A stretch of DNA of 64,000 nt from Minisyncoccota bacterium (lineage in GTDB: Bacteria > Patescibacteriota > Minisyncoccia > Phycocordibacterales > CAIZLB01): positions 4,675 through 68,674 of the forward strand of contig DASWWM010000034.1 of assembly GCA_036405975.1 (NCBI GenBank), written 5' to 3'. This document shows, in pieces, positions 61,824-64,000 of the stretch. The position numbers were made by a program, and so were the translations under genes. The notes below the pieces were generated by a model. The model was not told the DNA's origin. It was given only the letters and a program-made list of their open reading frames with translations, and made no database searches. Each line of letters opens with the position of its first letter. Position 1 is the stretch's first letter.

Positions 61824-62936
61824 ATGTCAAGCAAGGGTTCATCTCCTCTAAAGAACGAATTCGGCGAGCAGAAAGTCATCCTCAATGTCAGCATGGGGAC
61901 GCTCTTCAAGATTGCCTGCTTCGCGCTCGGCGCATACTTGCTCTACGAGCTTCGAGGCCTCGCCCTCGTCATCCTCTCGGCGGTCGTCATCGCATCGGTC
62001 ATTGAGCCGGGCATCAGGTTCCTGGTCAGAAGGGGAATCCAGCGAGTCTTCTCAGCGACAATCATGTATCTTGCCATTTTCAGCTTCATCGGCGTGATGG
62101 TCTCATTCGTCCTGCCTCCGCTCTTCAGCGAAACCATATCTGCCATCAATGGCTTGCCGAAATACGTGAAGACCATCGATGTTCTGAATCCGCTTAATGC
62201 AGAAACGCTCCGAAGCGTTCGAACCTTCTTTCCTGATCTTCCAAGCACCATCTCGGTCGGAGACCTTGGTGGAATGATGACGAACGCCGTCTCCAACTTC
62301 TCAGGCGGACTTTTTGATACGGTCGCCGGGTTCTTCGGCGGCATCGTCAGCCTCATTCTCGTGGTGGTCATCTCTTTCTATCTGTCTGTTAGAAATGACG
62401 GGGTAGGGGAATTCCTCGCGGTCATTACTCCTCTTAAGCATGAGAAATACGTGCGTGGCCTCTGGCTCCGGTCACAGCATAAGATTGGCAAGTGGATGCA
62501 GGGACAGCTCGTTCTTGCGCTCGGTGTCGGAATTATCACATACTGTGCGCTTCTCGTTGCGGGCATTCCGCATCCTCTTCTTCTCGCATTCGTTGCCATG
62601 ATATTCGAACTCATCCCAATCATCGGAGCGACGCTCGCTGCAATCCCGGCATTCTTCCTTGCGACGCTCAGTGGCGGTTTCGGACTCGGCCTTATCGTTA
62701 TCGCCATCTATGTAGTCATCCAGCAAATCGAAGCGCATATCCTTTACCCGCTTGTAGTCAAGAAGGTCATCGGCATACCGCCGCTCCTTGTTATCATTGC
62801 CCTTGTCGCAGGTGCTCAGCTCGCAGGGCTCGTCGGCGTACTTCTTGCCGTGCCGCTTTCGGTGGCACTTATGGAATTCATTAATGATGTTGAGAAAAGA
62901 AAGCGGTTTGTTGTCGAAGGGGAGGAGGCAAAATAG
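61824..62936 (+). CDS. AI-2E family transporter (PerM/YhhT-like, UPF0118)
   Basis: A 370 aa protein with about eight TM helices. The central soluble loop and the C-terminal ...IIGATLAAIPAFFLA...YVVIQQIEAHILYPLVVKKVIGIPPLLVII are typical. Confidence 0.7.
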   Translation: MSSKGSSPLKNEFGEQKVILNVSMGTLFKIACFALGAYLLYELRGLALVILSAVVIASVIEPGIRFLVRRGIQRVFSATIMYLAIFSFIGVMVSFVLPPLFSETISAINGLPKYVKTIDVLNPLNAETLRSVRTFFPDLPSTISVGDLGGMMTNAVSNFSGGLFDTVAGFFGGIVSLILVVVISFYLSVRNDGVGEFLAVITPLKHEKYVRGLWLRSQHKIGKWMQGQLVLALGVGIITYCALLVAGIPHPLLLAFVAMIFELIPIIGATLAAIPAFFLATLSGGFGLGLIVIAIYVVIQQIEAHILYPLVVKKVIGIPPLLVIIALVAGAQLAGLVGVLLAVPLSVALMEFINDVEKRKRFVVEGEEAK

Positions 62937-62989
62937 GATTTTTTGACTTTCTTGCTAGAAGCTATAAGGTATTAAGAATATAATCAGCC

Positions 62990-64000
62990 ATGAAAAAGAC
63001 CTTCTACATAACGACTACTTTGCCTTACGTTAATGCCGAACCACATGTCGGCTTTGCGACTGAGATCATCAGGGCTGATGCTATCGCTCGAGCAAAGAAG
63101 CTCCAGGGCTTTGAGGTTTTTTTCAACACTGGAACTGACGAGCATGGCCAGAAACTGTATGAAGGTGCCATCAAGGAAGGGAAGGATACCCAGGACTACG
63201 TCGATTTTTATGCAAAGAGGTTCCGAGACCTGACGCCGATTCTCGGCATTTCTGAGGATGTGCATTTCATACGAACGACCGACGAGCATCACAAGAAAGC
63301 CGCCCAGGAGTTTTGGAAGCGATGTGACCAGAACGGATACATCTATAAGAAAAACTATGAAGCGAAGTATTGCGTAGGCTGCGAGCTTGAGAAGACTGAC
63401 TCTGAGCTTGTCGATGGCCGATGCCCGATTCATCCCGGCAAGGAACTCGAGATACGAAGCGAGGAAAACTATTTCTTCAAATGGAGCGCTTTCGGAGACA
63501 AGCTCCTCGCTTTGTACGAACAGAATCCGACTCTTGTCGTGCCTGACTTCAGATTCAATGAGATCAAGGCATTCGTCGAAAGGGGGCTCCAGGACTTCAG
63601 CATTTCGCGGCTCAAGAGCAAGATGTCATGGGGCATTCCGGTTCCGAGCGATGAAGACCATGTCATGTACGTATGGTTCGATGCCTTGGTAAATTACATC
63701 TCGACGCTCGGATGGCCTGAAAGCGAAGGCGACGCATCTGGGGAATTTGAGAAGTTCTGGAAGAATGGAACTCCTGTTCAGTATTGCGGAAAAGACAATC
63801 TCCGACAGCAGTCAGCAATGTGGCAGGCAATGCTTATGGCAGCAGGCCTTCCTCCGACCAACAAGATCATCATCAACGGTTTTCTTACAGGTGAAGGGGG
63901 CATAAAGATGTCTAAGTCGATTGGAAATGTGGTAAGCCCATACGATGCCGTCGAGCAGTTTGGAACTGAAGCGCTGCGATACTTCTGCCTCGCAGAACTG
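62990..64000 (+). CDS. metG: Methionyl-tRNA synthetase, N-terminal part (3' end beyond window)
   Basis: Frame-2 translation from ATG 62990 gives MKKTFYITTTLPYVNAEPHVGFATEIIRADAIARAKKLQGFEVFFNTGTDEHGQKL, which matches the HIGH region (P(Y)xNGxPHxGH). KMSKS is encoded at about 63909 (GIKMSKSIGN). It is open to the window end. It is absent from the ORF track because no stop lies in the window. Confidence 0.85.
   Translation, partial: MKKTFYITTTLPYVNAEPHVGFATEIIRADAIARAKKLQGFEVFFNTGTDEHGQKLYEGAIKEGKDTQDYVDFYAKRFRDLTPILGISEDVHFIRTTDEHHKKAAQEFWKRCDQNGYIYKKNYEAKYCVGCELEKTDSELVDGRCPIHPGKELEIRSEENYFFKWSAFGDKLLALYEQNPTLVVPDFRFNEIKAFVERGLQDFSISRLKSKMSWGIPVPSDEDHVMYVWFDALVNYISTLGWPESEGDASGEFEKFWKNGTPVQYCGKDNLRQQSAMWQAMLMAAGLPPTNKIIINGFLTGEGGIKMSKSIGNVVSPYDAVEQFGTEALRYFCLAEL

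Noticed and set aside
1-64000. CRISPR arrays, integrases, transposases, prophage blocks
   Set aside because: No regularly spaced direct repeats, and no recombinase or transposase motifs in any ORF. The only repeat-like nucleotide element is the inverted repeat at 8100-8269.

Overview
This 64 kb window looks like a chromosomal origin region of a small-genome, CPR/Parcubacteria-like bacterium. The CPR assignment is an inference from gene content and compact gene sizes.

It opens with the 3' end of dnaA, a DnaA-box cluster with an AT-rich unwinding element, and dnaN. The rest is dense housekeeping on both strands:
- Five aminoacyl-tRNA synthetases: tyrS, argS, ileS, glyQS and the start of metG.
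- DNA replication and repair: polA, a holA-like gene, ruvC-ruvB, ruvA, ruvX, fpg and recO.
- The secE-nusG-rplK block, plus rpsT and rplS.
- Type IV pilus genes: pilB alone, and pilM-pilN-pilO elsewhere.
- Cell-envelope genes: PBP1A, uppP, a PAP2 phosphatase, SIMPL proteins and PG-binding surface proteins.
- A loose thymidylate-metabolism neighbourhood: dut, comEB, glyA, tmk and a MazG-like protein.
- Nine tRNA genes read from the sequence: Lys-TTT, Arg-GCG, Ser-GGA, Ser-TGA, Arg-TCT, Val-TAC, Leu-GAG and His-GTG, with Arg counted twice.

The most unusual items, in order of interest:
- A roughly 200 aa histidine-phosphatase (PGAM-like, RHG...HG) domain inserted in frame inside the isoleucyl-tRNA synthetase.
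- A 170 bp element with 25 bp perfect terminal inverted repeats between ruvB and pilB; it could be a structured ncRNA or a MITE.
- A highly structured roughly 180 nt leader with a terminator hairpin upstream of a traX-family gene.
- A NADAR and DNPH1-like N-glycosidase gene pair preceded by a 260 bp hairpin-rich noncoding stretch.
- A cluster of paralogous secreted cysteine-rich proteins.
- A tRNA-Arg whose anticodon reads GCG.

No CRISPR array, integrase or transposase was seen.
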